A DNA stretch of 64,000 nt from the human T2T-CHM13v2.0 reference genome, Homo sapiens: NCBI RefSeq assembly GCF_009914755.1, contig NC_060932.1; one strand, 5' to 3'. The position numbers were made by a program, and so were the translations under genes. Shown here piece after piece: positions 46,925 to 61,952 of the stretch (position 1 is its first letter; every line of letters begins with the position of its first letter). The notes under the pieces were generated by a model. The model had not been told where the DNA came from and did not search any database. It saw only the letters and a program-made list of their open reading frames with translations.

Positions 46925-47190
46925 TGGTGAGTTCTAACAAGGAGGATAACCTCTAGGGCTAGACATTTTAAATGAATCCTGGCTCTGCCATTATCTAACC
47001 ATGTAAGTTTGACCAAATCATGTAACCTTCCTCTGAGTTTCATGTTTCTCATTTTTAAAAAGAGAAGATAATATTTATCTTCTGTGGTCGCTCTGAGGGT
47101 CAGGGATAATGGAAATAAAACACTCAATGTTTGACTCACAGAAAAACTCTAACACAAGATGATAGTGATGATGATGATAATAATGTGATT
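46925..47190 (+). mobile_element. MIR
   Basis: aatcctggctctgcca ... ctctgagtttcatgtttctcatttttaaaa. Confidence 0.6.
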
Positions 47191-48031
47191 CAAATCTTAA
47201 AGTATTTGATTTACTAACAATTGTTTCTTATTTCTCTCTGTGAATCACCAGGAAGACAGGACCTCCTTTTCATTAATGTCAGTGAAAAAAATTTTGATGA
47301 AAAGAATTAATATTTAAATAAGCTGAGAAAACAGATTTCTCCACACTCCACTAACTTCATAAGAAAACATATTTTATTTAAACAAAAAGGAGAGGTATTT
47401 TTTATCTTACTATCCTAAATATTTTCCTGCATCCCTAGAAAGTTATAATCCCAATGTGAGAAGCTACAGAAATTGATTTACCACATTAATAAAACAGTGG
47501 CTAAAAAAAGACAGGGCCTTAAATAATTTCCAAGAAAAAGTGAAATGTATTCAAACGAAGATAATTAGAAAAATCATGCAGATCAACTTTCCTTTCTCCT
47601 CTATACCAAAAAAGATAGAACCTTATTGAGATCGATAAAACCTTACCAGGAGTAAATATCCACTTCCTCATTACAGAGAAGAACCTCACTCCAAAAGAAA
47701 GAATATTGGTAATAAGTTCCTGTCATACAAATATCTATCTGATAGTTCTTAATATTCTAGCTGGTGACCTATTGACTTCTAACAGCTTCAAGTATATCCA
47801 TATGTCAGTAATTATAAAAAGCTATGATGAAAGTAAAGATTTGTTTCTATATTTAATACATGTCATTTTTCATTAATTTTAAACTTCATATTTACTTTAA
47901 ATTATGCATACAATGACTGCATGAAACGCATATTGATTGTGGCATATTTTTATGCCATAGAAATGTACCAACCCTGCAGTGTAATAATCCTTATGAAACT
48001 CGAGTGAAGGATAATATGTACATTAGTATTT

Positions 48032-48537
48032 TGAAGTATGAAGTTTGGGATAAATTAAAAAATTAACCTAGGATCAGCAGTATGTTAAATATTGAGGAAC
48101 TACCAATTTGCCTGGCTGATAATGACTATTTCCAACAGGATATGGAACAAGCCCACATAAAAGAATGTTCTTATGCAAGCCCATACCACAGCTAGAAAAG
48201 TGGCCAACAATCTTTTCCTCCTAGTGACTTGCTTTCTGACTAATGACATCACCAGCCTGGCTTCATTCCTCCTGCCTCCCGAACAGATATTTCTGAACTA
48301 CTGAATTGCACTATTTCTTGAGAGTATCCAATCTGGAACTGATCCCAGCTTCCCAAATCCCTTTTAGAAATATTTAGTACAAGTCTAGACCCTACAAGAA
48401 GCCCCTTCTAAGTCCTCCTCTAAATTCTCTCAAAGCTCTTCTGGGTGTGTCCTCCCTTGAGGCAACAAGCGAAATAAATTTAACTTTGTTAATCACAGAT
48501 ATGTTTCTGGTGGTCTTTGACCGATGGCATTCAACAA
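48032..48537 (+). mobile_element. Probable old ERV solo LTR (family unassigned)
   Basis: TG...CA-bounded ~500-bp block with AATAAA followed by a U5-like tgtttctggtggtctttg. Confidence 0.45.
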
Positions 48538-48750
48538 AAGACATATGCATATGTCAATCACTTTCCTATATTTTCTATCCTTATATTAAAGTAAAAGTTA
48601 TTATGCTGGTTGAATACATAAACATAAACTTTAGCTGCTATTTTTATATATATTACACAATTAAAGATTAAAAAAACCAACAGAAGTGAGCCCCACTTCA
48701 TTTATTTTTATTTAAAATTTTGTACTACTCCAAATAAAAGACAATTAGTT

Positions 48751-50437
<1,687 letters not shown>

Positions 50438-51122
50438 AAAGACCATTAGTTATTATTCATTTCTTCTTCAGTGTAACTTACTTTATATTCTACTAGTGAA
50501 GTGTATTAAATAGCCTGGATATGATCTTTAAAAACGTGAAAACTCCTTGCCTCATCTTATTCGCCATGTATAATTTGTCCAGTATTCTCTGGAGAAACAA
50601 GAAAATGAGTTATTTGCTTAGCACAAACGGCTACATATTTGATTGGTTGACTGATTGCTGTCAAAACTTTTTCTTCTTCCTATGGTAGTTCAAGTAGCTC
50701 TGTGCTCAAAACTATCTGCCTTGCTTTCAGGGATAAGAAACATGTTTTTAAAATCTAACAAGTATAGCACACCAAACTTTGTAATGAAAAGTATGTTTAT
50801 ATGTATATGATTATAATAATTTCTTCACTGAATTAGTAGCATAACAATTTCATTCAGCAATTTCAAATAGCCACACCAAAACTGTGTTTACTAATCCTGT
50901 TTATGTATGACACTACTTTCTAAGTCTATACCCTAAACCTATCCCACTGTTTTTTTTTTTTTCTCCCAGGAATTTCCTATACAATCCTGTAATAACTTTC
51001 ATTCTTAGTTCTAAGCCTAGATATAACAGACCCCTCTGTCATCGCAATGGTGTTTTCCCCAAGATGAGACATTCTTTTTAAGGTATGTGACTCTAAGAAT
51101 GGGAAAGTGAGGGGAACAGGTA

Positions 51123-52139
51123 CAGTCATGTGCCACATAATGACGTTTTGGTCAATAAGAGACCACATATACAACAGTAGTCCCATAACATTAATAACAC
51201 AAAGCTGAAAAATTTCTATCACCTAGTAATGTCACAGTGGAAGCATTACTCACGTTTGTAGTGATGCTGGTGTAAACAAACCTGCACAGCCAGTTGTATA
51301 AAAGTATTGCACATACAATACATGAAATACATAATACTTGAAAATGATAACAAATGAATATGTTAGTGGTTTATTGTCCACGAAGACCTTTCAGTGGGAC
51401 GGCATGGGGAGGGGAAAGCCAGTGATAATGACGATCCTAACCCTCCACAGGCCTAGACTAACATGTGTTTTTGTGTCTTAATGTTTAACAAAAAAAGTTT
51501 AAAAAGTTTTAAAATCAGAAAAAGTTTATAGAATAAGCATATGTAAAGAATATTTTTGTACAGCTGTACAATGTGTTTTATGCTAAGTGTTATCATAACA
51601 GTCAAAAAGTTAAAAAAAATGAAACTTTTACAAAGTGAAAAAAGTTACAGGAAGCTAAGGTTAATTCATCGTTGAAGAAAAAAAATTTTTTTAAATAAAT
51701 CTAATGTAGCCTAAGCATACAGTGTTTATGAAGTCTATAGTAGTGTACAATAATGCTCTAGGCCTTCGCATTCTCTCACCACTCACTCACGGACTCACCC
51801 AGTGAGTCAACTTCCAGTCCCGCAAGCTCCATTTATGGTAAGTGCCCTACAGAAGACATACTGTCTCTCATATTTTATACCATATTTTTACTGTACCTTT
51901 TCTATGTTTAGATAAACAAATGCTTACCACTGTGTTATAACTGCCTACAGTATTCAGTGGAGTAACATGCTGTACAGGTTTGTACTCTAGGAGCAACAGG
52001 CTATACCATATAGCTTATGTGTGTAGTACGCTATACCATGTAGGTTTGTGTAAGTATATTCTATGATGTTCACACAATGACAACTACCTAATGACGCATT
52101 TCATAGAACTTATGTCGTTCATTAAGTGATGCATGACTA
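51123..52139. mobile_element. Tigger3-type DNA transposon derivative
   Basis: Inverted termini cagtcatgtgccacataatgacg ... cattaagtgatgcatgact, with TA on both sides. Confidence 0.8.
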
Positions 52140-54171
52140 TATTCTGCTGTATTCAATAAAACGCAGAGCATTCCCAGAAATATAATGAATATAAGATATG
52201 GCCCCTGACTTCAAGGGGCACAAGTCACACAAGAAGACAGACCCACAAATGATTTTCTTAATATAATGTCTGAAGTGTTATGGAGCACACAGGAAGAAGC
52301 AATTAGTTCTCTGCAGAAATTACTAAAGCTATGAACTCAGCAGTTACTGCCTCTGGGTTGTTCTCTAGCCTCTTAAAAGGCTTGGTATTTTCTAACATTT
52401 GTGTATTTTTCCATTTAGAGTATTTTACTTTTCCGTATTTTTGCTCAACAGTGGCAAAAGCATATGGCCTAGACTAAAACCAAATGATCTTATTCAATTT
52501 CACTCTCTAGTTACTGCTGGGTCATGTAAGAGCTTGGTGCAAAATAAATGCAATGAACAAACTAAACAAAAAGGGGCAAAATCCAACTGTTCTATCCCTT
52601 GTACTCAGCAACAATAGTATCATTTGACCAAACAGATACCAAATAGAGGCACTGAATGATCAGAATCATTACGCAAAAAGTGAACAAAGGTAAGTATTGT
52701 CTAGACTGAGGGTAGAAGTGTGCTTGCATGTGTGTGTCTGTTTCTATGCGTGTTTGCGGGTTGTTGCTTTTTAAAGTTATACCTTTAACAAAGCTGGAGG
52801 TTTTTTCTGGAGACAGTAATAGATAGCAAGTGCTCTTTTCTTTAATTTTCCTATGATATTGGCTAGAAAATGGAGTTTTGCAAATCTGATCCACGTTTTA
52901 GTTTAGCCATCTTTGCTCTGCTACCTCTCTGCCATCATCTACTAAGGGATATAAAATTTCCCAAATTTTTCTTTTTTTAAAGACAGTTATAAAAGAGTTT
53001 TAAAGTCGCATAATAGTGCTCTTCAAATACTTGATGAACTGCCAGAGTACAAAAGGATTAGGTTTACTCATAGGACCCCAAAGGATAAAATTAGGACTAA
53101 CGGGGAAAGAGACCTAACAAAGCACCAAAACCTAGAAGCTGGACTAAACTGACTTGGAAAAGAAAAAACCTATGTAAGCATGAATGAGAGAATTACTTGA
53201 TAATGGTACTGAAATATCCATGCACTGTATGATTATTTGGACTAAATGGCCTTCAAGGTCCCATTTAACCTTGAGATTCCATGAGTTTCTGATAATAAAC
53301 CTTAATACATGTCATTTAATATTGATTCCACTTAAAAGGGAACATGTTATGAGATTAGGGAAGTCACCAATCACACAATGTGACTTCAAAAAAATTAGAA
53401 ACTTCTCTGTATAAAAATGAGAAAATCTCAAATGTTTAGAAACCAAAAAAATGAGAATGAAATCAGATGTGAAACAGATTTCTATTTGCAATAATACAAG
53501 CTAGAAAATGAAGAATAATAACTACAGATCACTGAAGGTCGAATTTAAAAAGGTGAATAAAAAAGTTATATTTAATATATTGCAGGTAAGGCATTATTCG
53601 TTTGGAGGCCAAAGAAAGACATGCAAGAACTAAGCGAAAAAAATAACATTCATATATTCTATCTGAAAAAAACAAGGAAATCTTTTTAAAATACTATAAA
53701 AAAAGAAATCTCAAGAGCAAGAGAAGACCAAGAATGCAAGCAATGTAAGTAAGCAAGCAAGCAATAAATGTTTGCAATATACAAGTAAGCCCAAATGGAT
53801 AATGATAATGCAGAAGGAAATTATGTGTTAAGCAGGAATTTCTAAAATGAAGAGATATAATATACTACTAGTCTAGAACTAAAATCCTCAACTATGAGAA
53901 ATTGAAGAACTGAGAAGGGTTGAGGGTAGGGCAATGGAGAAATAGTAAGTAAACGTCTTGGGAACACAGTTATTTTATTTTGCCAAATCAGAGAAACAAT
54001 GTGAATTTAAATATGGCTGTTAAAGAAAAGATAACTATGAGTCAAAACTGTATTTTCAAAAACAGAACTTTCAGGAAGGGAAAACACAAGAAAGAAACTT
54101 GTTTAAATCATCAAAGTAAGTTTCAAAAAATACTAAAGAAAAAGTTAAAATGACAGGAATAAGATCAAACA

Positions 54172-55171
54172 CAGAGGATCCTCAACTTATGATGGGGCTA
54201 TGTCCTAATAATCTCATTGTAAACTGGAAATATTTTAAGTTGAAAATACATTTAGACCATGATGCCTGTTTCCCCTCTACCTAGATTAAGTATGTGCTTC
54301 ATAGTCCCCCAGCACTAATATACCTGGAATCTGAGGTCCCTGCAAATCTTTTAAAATCCTCGCCTCACTCTCTCCACCCAGGTAAATTTAGACGTCAGAG
54401 TGAGAGTATGGGGCTCGTGTCTCTTTCTGTTAAAATTGTTCTGAGGTTCGTCCTGTTTGTGTGTCTTTATCCCTTCAGACTATGCAGACAACTCCTTTCC
54501 TGCCTTTTCCTTGCATAAAACTGTTTACTAACATCTCTGTGCAGCATGGTCTTTGAAAACTCTGACCACTGTGGTGAATTCACACCATTCCAGTATGAAT
54601 GGGCTTCTCTTCATAGGTAGCCACAATCCTGGAGAGACCATGTCTTCTCCCTGATCTTGGGATTCTACAAACCCCACCCTGCTCCCAACCCATCCCCCAC
54701 CCTTGTCCTCCTTAGACCAGATCCTTCTGCTTACCCGTCCTCCCCTTTGCATTCACCACTTCTCCTGATCTTAAGATGGGGTAGGTGACTTACGCCTGTC
54801 TTGTGACATCCAACTTTCTGCAACCACAGAACCAGTCCCATCTGGTTTAACTTTGTGTAATAAAATGGTGAAGAAAAAACATATATTTAATACACCAAAC
54901 CCATGATACATCATAGCTTAGCCTAGTCTACCTTTACATGCTCAGAAGACTTACATTGGCCTATAGTGGGGCAAAATCATCTCACACAAAGCCTATTTTA
55001 TAATAAACTGCTGAAGATCTTCTGTAATTTATTGAATACTGTACTAAAAATGAAAAACAGAATGGTTGTATGGGCATCTGAAGAATGGTCTCCACTGAAT
55101 GTGTATCACTTTTGCACCATCATATAGTAAAAAAAACCAAGGTCAAACTAACATAAGTCGAGGACTGTCTG
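54172..55171 (+). mobile_element. MER47A-like DNA transposon split by a ~620-bp insert
   Basis: Termini cagaggatcctcaacttatgatgg ... cataagtcgaggactgtctg. Element sequence stops at 54254 and resumes near 54890. Confidence 0.75.
54255..54877 (+). other. Unassigned retroposed insert
   Basis: AATAAA at 54859-54864, short A-rich remnant, degenerate TSD aaaatacattta / aacatatattta. Confidence 0.55.
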
Positions 55172-55639
55172 TATATAATTTCATATTTAATTGCTAAAGG
55201 AACAACGCACAAAGCAAATTAGCTCCTGAAGGTGCTGTTGTGGGTTGAATGGTGGTACGCCAAAAGAAATGCCACCCAATTTGTTTAAATTATGCCAGCC
55301 ACTAGAAACTAAAACAGGTTCCAAACAACATGGGAGACAAGCCTTCAGTAAAAAGTCCAAGAAATGGAAGCACTTGATAAGAAAAAGTTCTAGTGGGAAA
55401 CGTTAAAATTTCTCTTTCAGATATTTGACCAATGAAGTAGTGAAAATATAGGTTCAAGCAAGTAGCAGCATGCAAATATCAAATGAATATAACTAAACTA
55501 TAATGATAACAGAGTCTTCTCAAATTGGAAAGAGCCAATTGCCACTTTACCCAATAGAATAAAAAATCTAACCAGAAGGATGAAAAAATGTTCATTTTAT
55601 TTATTTATGGCATCACCTCAGCCACTACCAGAGCCTCAC

Positions 55640-56740
55640 CCAAATTTATCACCTTAACCACTTTTAAGTACACAGTGGCATTAAGCATACTCACACTGTT
55701 GTGCTACCATCACCAAGATCCATTCACAGCACTCTTCAACTGACAAGGCTGAAAATGTACCTATTAAACACTAATTCCCCATTCCCCCCTCTCTTCAGGC
55801 CCTGGCAACCACTAGTTTACTTTCTGTCTCTGAGTTTGGCTATTCTAAGTAACTCCATAAGTGGAATCCACATTATCTGTCCTTTTGTGACTGTCTTATT
55901 CCATTTAGCAAAATGTGTTCAAGGTTCATCCATGCTATGCATGTGTCAGATTCCCTTCCTCTGTTTAAGTCTGATTAATACTCCATTGTATTCCATACCA
56001 CATTTTATTTATCGGTTTATCTCTTGATGGACACCTGGGTTGCTTTTACCTACTGGTTACTGCAAATGCTGCTGCTATCAACATGAGTGTACAAATATCA
56101 CTTCAAGCCCCTGCTTCCAGTTCTTTTGAGCATATACCCAGAAGCAGAATTGCCGGGTCATATGGGAATTCTATTTTTAATTTTTTGAGGAGTCTCCATA
56201 CTGTTTTCCATAGTGCTTACACCATTTTACAATCCCACCAACAGTGCTCAAGGGGCCCAATTTCACCTCATCCTTGCCAATACTTATTTTCTATGGTGGT
56301 GGTGGTGGTTGTTGTTTTTAATAGTAGCTGCTATGGATTGAATGTGTCCCTCCAAGTTTGTATGTTGGAAACTTAATCCCCAATGCAATAGTTTTGAGAG
56401 GCGGGACCTTTAAGAGGTGATTAGGTCCTGAGGGCTCCACCCTCATGAATGGATTAATGCTATTATCGAAGAAGCCATTTAGTTATCACGATAGTGAGCT
56501 TCTTATAAAAAGCAAATTCAGTCCCTTCTTGCTCTCCTGCTCTTCTGCCTTCCACCATGGGATGACACAGCAAACAGGCCCTAACCAGACACGGGTCCCT
56601 CAACCTTGGACTTCTCAGCTTCTAGAACTGAAAAAAATAAACTTCTTTTCTTTATAAATCACCCAGTCTGTGTTATACTATTAATAGCAGCACAAAATGG
56701 ACTAAGGCAATAGCCATCCTAATGGGTGCAAGGTGGCACT
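55640..56740 (-). mobile_element. L1M (MA/MB) 3' fragment interrupted by an MST LTR
   Basis: gtacacagtggcattaagcatactcacactgttgtg ... gatggacacctgggttgc ... tagccatcctaatgggtg. Confidence 0.78.
56329..56709 (+). mobile_element. MST (MaLR) solo LTR
   Basis: tgctatggattgaatgtgtccc ... ggactaaggca. 5-bp TSD gtagc/atagc. Confidence 0.82.
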
Positions 56741-58776
56741 GCCGAAGTTCTTATGTATTTCTTTCCAAGATTATGTCTAATGAGTAAATTTTTAATAAAA
56801 ATGGACTTCTCAAGCTTTTATAAATGAGTGAAAAACACGGGCAACCCCATCTCAGTAATTTCTCATATTCAATTATATTCAATAAAGTAGATTAGGGTTT
56901 TCCTTCCACTGACTTAAAAAAGTATATAAAAATTAGGTAAAATATTAATCTCTCCTTACTATTATGGGGGTAGAGTATAATCAGTTACTTTATAACAATA
57001 GTACATAAAGAAATACAGTACTTACATACTTTTAGTCAAGCTGTTATTATGATATTAGTTCTCCAACAGAGGTAAAATAATTTTCTACATTTTGAGTTTA
57101 CATGAACTTTTATGAGATTCTGAAGTATGTACATTTATTAAAAGAGGTGTCATGTTTTTACTAAACGTCCAAATACTCACTTTAAGAGAATTAAAGTATC
57201 TACAGCAAAGATCTGATGAGAATTTAGGGCTAAAAAAAGAAAAATGATGTTCAATATTCTAAACTGCAGTATATTAAACTAAAATCTTATTTCAAGAACA
57301 CTGAAAGATTTACTTTAAAACATTATGAAAAAGTCTAACAAATTATGTAACTAAATGGTTCATGACTGATCACGTTTATGAAGGATGACATCATTCTGCT
57401 TTATCTTGTACCATTTCAAATTATTTGTCCTCAGCCCACATAGTATTTAGACAGAAATAAAATTTAAATATGTGGAAATCCTAGTGTGACAAAAGTAGAA
57501 AACTGTTTCAAATAAATTGACATTTCTAATTTGTGACTATGTAAAAACAGTCATATATTTAAGAGAATACAATAATTAAGGAAAACTAGCACCGTTCAAA
57601 TACTAAAAACTATTCTCTCTTTACATAATTTCTCATTCTGTGCTAGCAAAAGAAACGACACATTCATTTTGAGTAAATGTGGTTTAATTGATAGAATCAG
57701 CCATTTGTATAATGGCGTCTGCAAATAATTACCTAGGAATGGTAGCAAAGACTACCTAAGCAGTTTGCAGTTGGTACAAAATTTCACCAGGCTATTTTCA
57801 GATTCTTTAGAGGCTAAAGTTTTCTCATCTTGATAAACTTAAAAGATTTAAGCCAAACACTTCTACATCAAGCTTGTAAAGAAGCAACTGTTGTAGTTCA
57901 GAAGTGCAAAAAATTGAAATTCGAGGTGTCCAATGATTTGCCTTGGAAGACAAGGCTTTGTGAGGTTACTTTCTAAAAAGCAAAACTAAGAAACACTTCA
58001 TTCTCTCAGAAGTAATTCATTCTTTGCTTTGTGTGAGATCTACAGTTTCATATCTTACAGAAAACGACTTGTGCAGATAGATATATTGTAGGGCAGATGA
58101 TGAAACTAACAGTAATTCCAGAAATTCTTTTACAAAACGCACATAATATATCATCATAACTGGCTATCAGGTGGTTCTATGTAAATCATTATTATTGAGT
58201 TGCAAAGTAAATGTCTCTGTGTGTCTCTATTCCTCTAACACACACACATAAAAAAAAAATACATTCTCAGAAAAATGTTTTTCTGAAAAATAATGTTAGA
58301 AATACTCAATGGCACTAGAGTTTTTGTGAATAAATTCCAAAAACACAAGTTCTGTCAATGTATTAGGCAATGGTAAGTAGAATTCCATATCCTATACAAA
58401 ATTAAGAAATTCTCAAGTATTTTTATTGACTCTTATTAAAATATACTAAAATGAGTCCAGTGTATGAAGCAGAGATATTTATAAATAAATCAGACTCATT
58501 TTTATTATCACTTGGAAATATCTCAATTACCCAGTTTGAAATTTCCTAGCAGGCCTTTTTTATCCTTATATACTGAACAACTATCAAAGTGCCTGATAGT
58601 CAAGTGGTAAAAAAAAAAAAAAAATTCTGAATTGAACATATGCATATATAAAAAGTTAACAACACATTCAACTCCTAAATGCTGGGGATGAAATTTGCAC
58701 CTTAAGAAATATCTTTAAGGAAACTGTTAATGTTCTCCAGCCAAAGGCCATACTTGTAACTGAACAGGAACACACC

Positions 58777-59239
58777 TGTAACTGAATAAATTGGGTGCAT
58801 TACTTAATGCAGTGAGGGAGAACACACACCATGGAGAACAGTGGGGCATCTTATTAAATGGGTGTTAGAAATAATCTATTAAAGCGTTTGGGCTTTGGTT
58901 GGGAGATTTAGGGAGACGGGCTAAGGAGGTAGATGTTTGTTCTGGATTGGATGCTATTAGAAAATGAGGGGCAATGTATGACTGGGCAAAAAAGTAGCTG
59001 TCATTCACATTAGCCAGGTGAGAAGGATGTTGGGTATGTTGTGAGTTACACAGTGACCTTGTTTAGGTCTGTGCTTAGATAAAATTGTGAAGTGATCTTG
59101 TTTCATATCACTTAATCATGGTCTCAGGTGACCTGATCTGATTATTTATATTCCATGAAATTGTTCAGATCCAACCAGAGAACAACATGACCTAGCTATG
59201 TCAGGCCAGCTCCTACATTAGGTGCTATTTTCTTTCTCA
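58777..59239 (-). mobile_element. Probable ERV solo LTR (family unassigned)
   Basis: tgtaactgaa ... ttctttctca bounded block with LTR-like composition. Confidence 0.45.
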
Positions 59240-59466
59240 AAAGGAATTTAATTGATAAAAATGATGAACCTGTCTTCAGAGTACTCTTGCTATGTCAAAT
59301 TTAATTCTTAATCATTACCGTGCATATAACTTAAGGCAGGTTCTTGAATATAATGGATCCAGTCAGATAGTTATTTACTTCCCTATTCAGTAGACACATT
59401 ATAGTCTGACTAAAAATGCTCTGGGTAAACAATTACCCATTAAGTAACTCAAATAGTATAGCTTTA

Positions 59467-59773
59467 TGATATGGTTTGAATGTATCCCCCAAAGTTCATA
59501 TGTTAAAAATCCCCAGTGCAACAGTATTGAGAGGGAGGAACTTTAAGAGGTGATTAGGTCATGAGGGCTCCGCTCTCATGAATGGATTAATGCCATTTTT
59601 CTGTCTTGCCCTCTGCCGTGGAATAACACAGCAAGAAGGCCCTGGCCAGATGCTGGCTCCTTGATATTGGACTTCCCAGCCTCCAAATTTGTGAGAAATT
59701 GTGAGAAATAAAAATTCTTTTCTTTATAAATCACCCAGTCTATGGTATACTGTTACAGCAACACAAAATGGAT
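59467..59773 (+). mobile_element. MST (MaLR) LTR, internally shortened
   Basis: tgatatggtttgaatgtatccccc ... ctcatgaatggattaatgcc ... tttataaatcacccagtc. Confidence 0.78.
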
Positions 59774-61632
59774 TTCCTTATTTAAGGAAACCCTAACTTT
59801 GGTATAATCAAGATATGAGACTATCAAAATTGCCAGAAAGACCCCTTGATATATTCCCTGTATAGGCACTTTTTAGCTAAAGAGTTCACACATAGTGGAA
59901 AAGATTTATAGCAGCCCACGATGCTTTTCTACAATTATCCTTCGTTGAGTAAGTAAAAGCACAATTCCCACTGTTCTTGAACCGTCCCGATTAGTCTTTT
60001 GGAACATAAGCTTCACACAATTTACTGGAAGATATATGTAGAAATATATGTGTTTTAAAGGAAAGTGAATGAAAGAGTCTAATAGAGCTGCAAATACTCA
60101 AAGAAGCCCTTTTGCTTCCCCACACTTTTCAACTAACCCTTTCACCCTAATACACTTATAGCACAAACCAGAATCCCCTAAGATAACAAGAACTCATCAC
60201 AGTTGCTGAGGAATAGCCTCAGTAGTTAAAATTAAGTTTATTTAATTAAGTCAGGGATAAATACAAAAGTTACTGAACTACAATAAATATCTAAAACATA
60301 GTAAATATATTTTACAGTCTCTTACATAATGAAAAGATACAAGATTGAAAGCTACTCAGGAAAAACCAGAAAGCCAAAAAAAAAAAAGGCTTAGATAAAC
60401 AAGATTATATAGTGAAAACAAAATTATCTATGTATACATTTTAAAGTGACCATATTTATTTTTTCATTTCAATAAAAAATAAATGTTTCATTTTTTAGCC
60501 CACAGAGAAATGAGTGGTCAAAATCAAAAGAAAGCCACTCTTACATCCTGGCAATAAACTGTTCATAAGCTACTCTCCTTATGTTTAAACAACTGACAGT
60601 TTGTAAATGTGCATTCCTTCAAAGCTTAATTGGTTTTCATTCCAATTAAAGATAGGTCTACTTTAAAAAATAAACGAGTTTTCCTGAATTCTTAAGCTTC
60701 AAGAATTTACAAGGTAGTACTGTTATTTGCTCTGAATAACATAGAAAATATTCAGATTCAATTATATCACACTACTGGACAATAGCAAACCTATTGGCAG
60801 AGTATGATGATAAAAGTCTAAATACTTTTCAAGTCAAGGTTCACAGGAAGAAAGTTAATTTAATAACAGAAGTAGGTTAGACAATAATTTGTTTTGAGGG
60901 AAAACTCTGTTAATACAATTTTCAAGACACCCCCATCCTCACTTCCATCTCTTTTTAATTAAGGTATAGAAAGTTCTTGGAATCATTCACTCTTTTAGGT
61001 TCTTTTGCCCTGTCATTTGGGCACCAATTTGAAAAATAGATATACACTCAGTTCTCCTGTAGAGCTTTGTATTCATCCTCATCCTATTTTTTTTCCATTA
61101 TAAATAAGATACCAGTCTCCTTTTGGATCTTATGGCTTTTCACACATTTAAAATAATTTTCTACCTCACATTTTTCAAAAATTTCTTAAGGGAAACTATC
61201 TTTACTTCCACTCTTTGGTTAAATTATGTTTTAAAATATCATTTCAACTTTTTCCTAATCATTTTTGTCTGAAAAGAATGACATAAATATTTAAAGCATA
61301 ATAAACTTAGAATAATTTCTCCTATTCTCTTTTCTTTCAGAAACAAAGTATATAAACTGTCATTCAAAATTATCTCCTTGGATCTAGAAAAAAAGTAGGT
61401 AAAATGTATGTATACACATGTAGGTATATATGGATGCAGCTGCATGGGCATAGCTGTTTTCTTCTCCAGAAAACAGAAGATTTTTAGTTCCAAAACCAGC
61501 CATAATTCAAAGTAGCATTCACAACATTTCACCATAACATTTGGCCCAAGGTATACTTTAACTAATGAGAAAGTAAGTAACATTGACATGGAAGCCATGA
61601 TTAAGGCAAACACAGGGAAATATAAGAATTCA

Positions 61633-61952
61633 GGCTGGAGGCAGCACCTTATATCTGTAATCCCAACGCTTTAGGAGGCTGCGGTGATAGGATCTCTTAA
61701 AGCCAGGAGTTTGAGACTAGCTTAAGCAACATAGCAAGACCCTAGCTCTACAAAGAATAAAAAAGTTAGCTAGTTATAGTGGCGTACGCCCATAGTCTTA
61801 GCTACTTGGGTTTGGGAGGCTGAGGTGGGAGGATACCTTGGGCCCAGAAGTTTGAGGCTGCAGTGAGCTATGATCATGCCGGTACACTCCAGCCTGGGCA
61901 ACAAAGCGAGATCCCATCTCTAGAAAATGTATAAGTAAATAATAATAATAAA
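61633..61952 (+). mobile_element. AluJ
   Basis: Diverged dimeric Alu with J-type aacatagcaagaccc and gagctatgatc. TSD-like aagaattca/aagagttca. Confidence 0.85.

Noticed and set aside
59773-59790. Palindrome tttcctta-tt-taaggaaa at the LTR end
   Set aside because: Short and AT-rich; plausible by chance or as a local repair scar.
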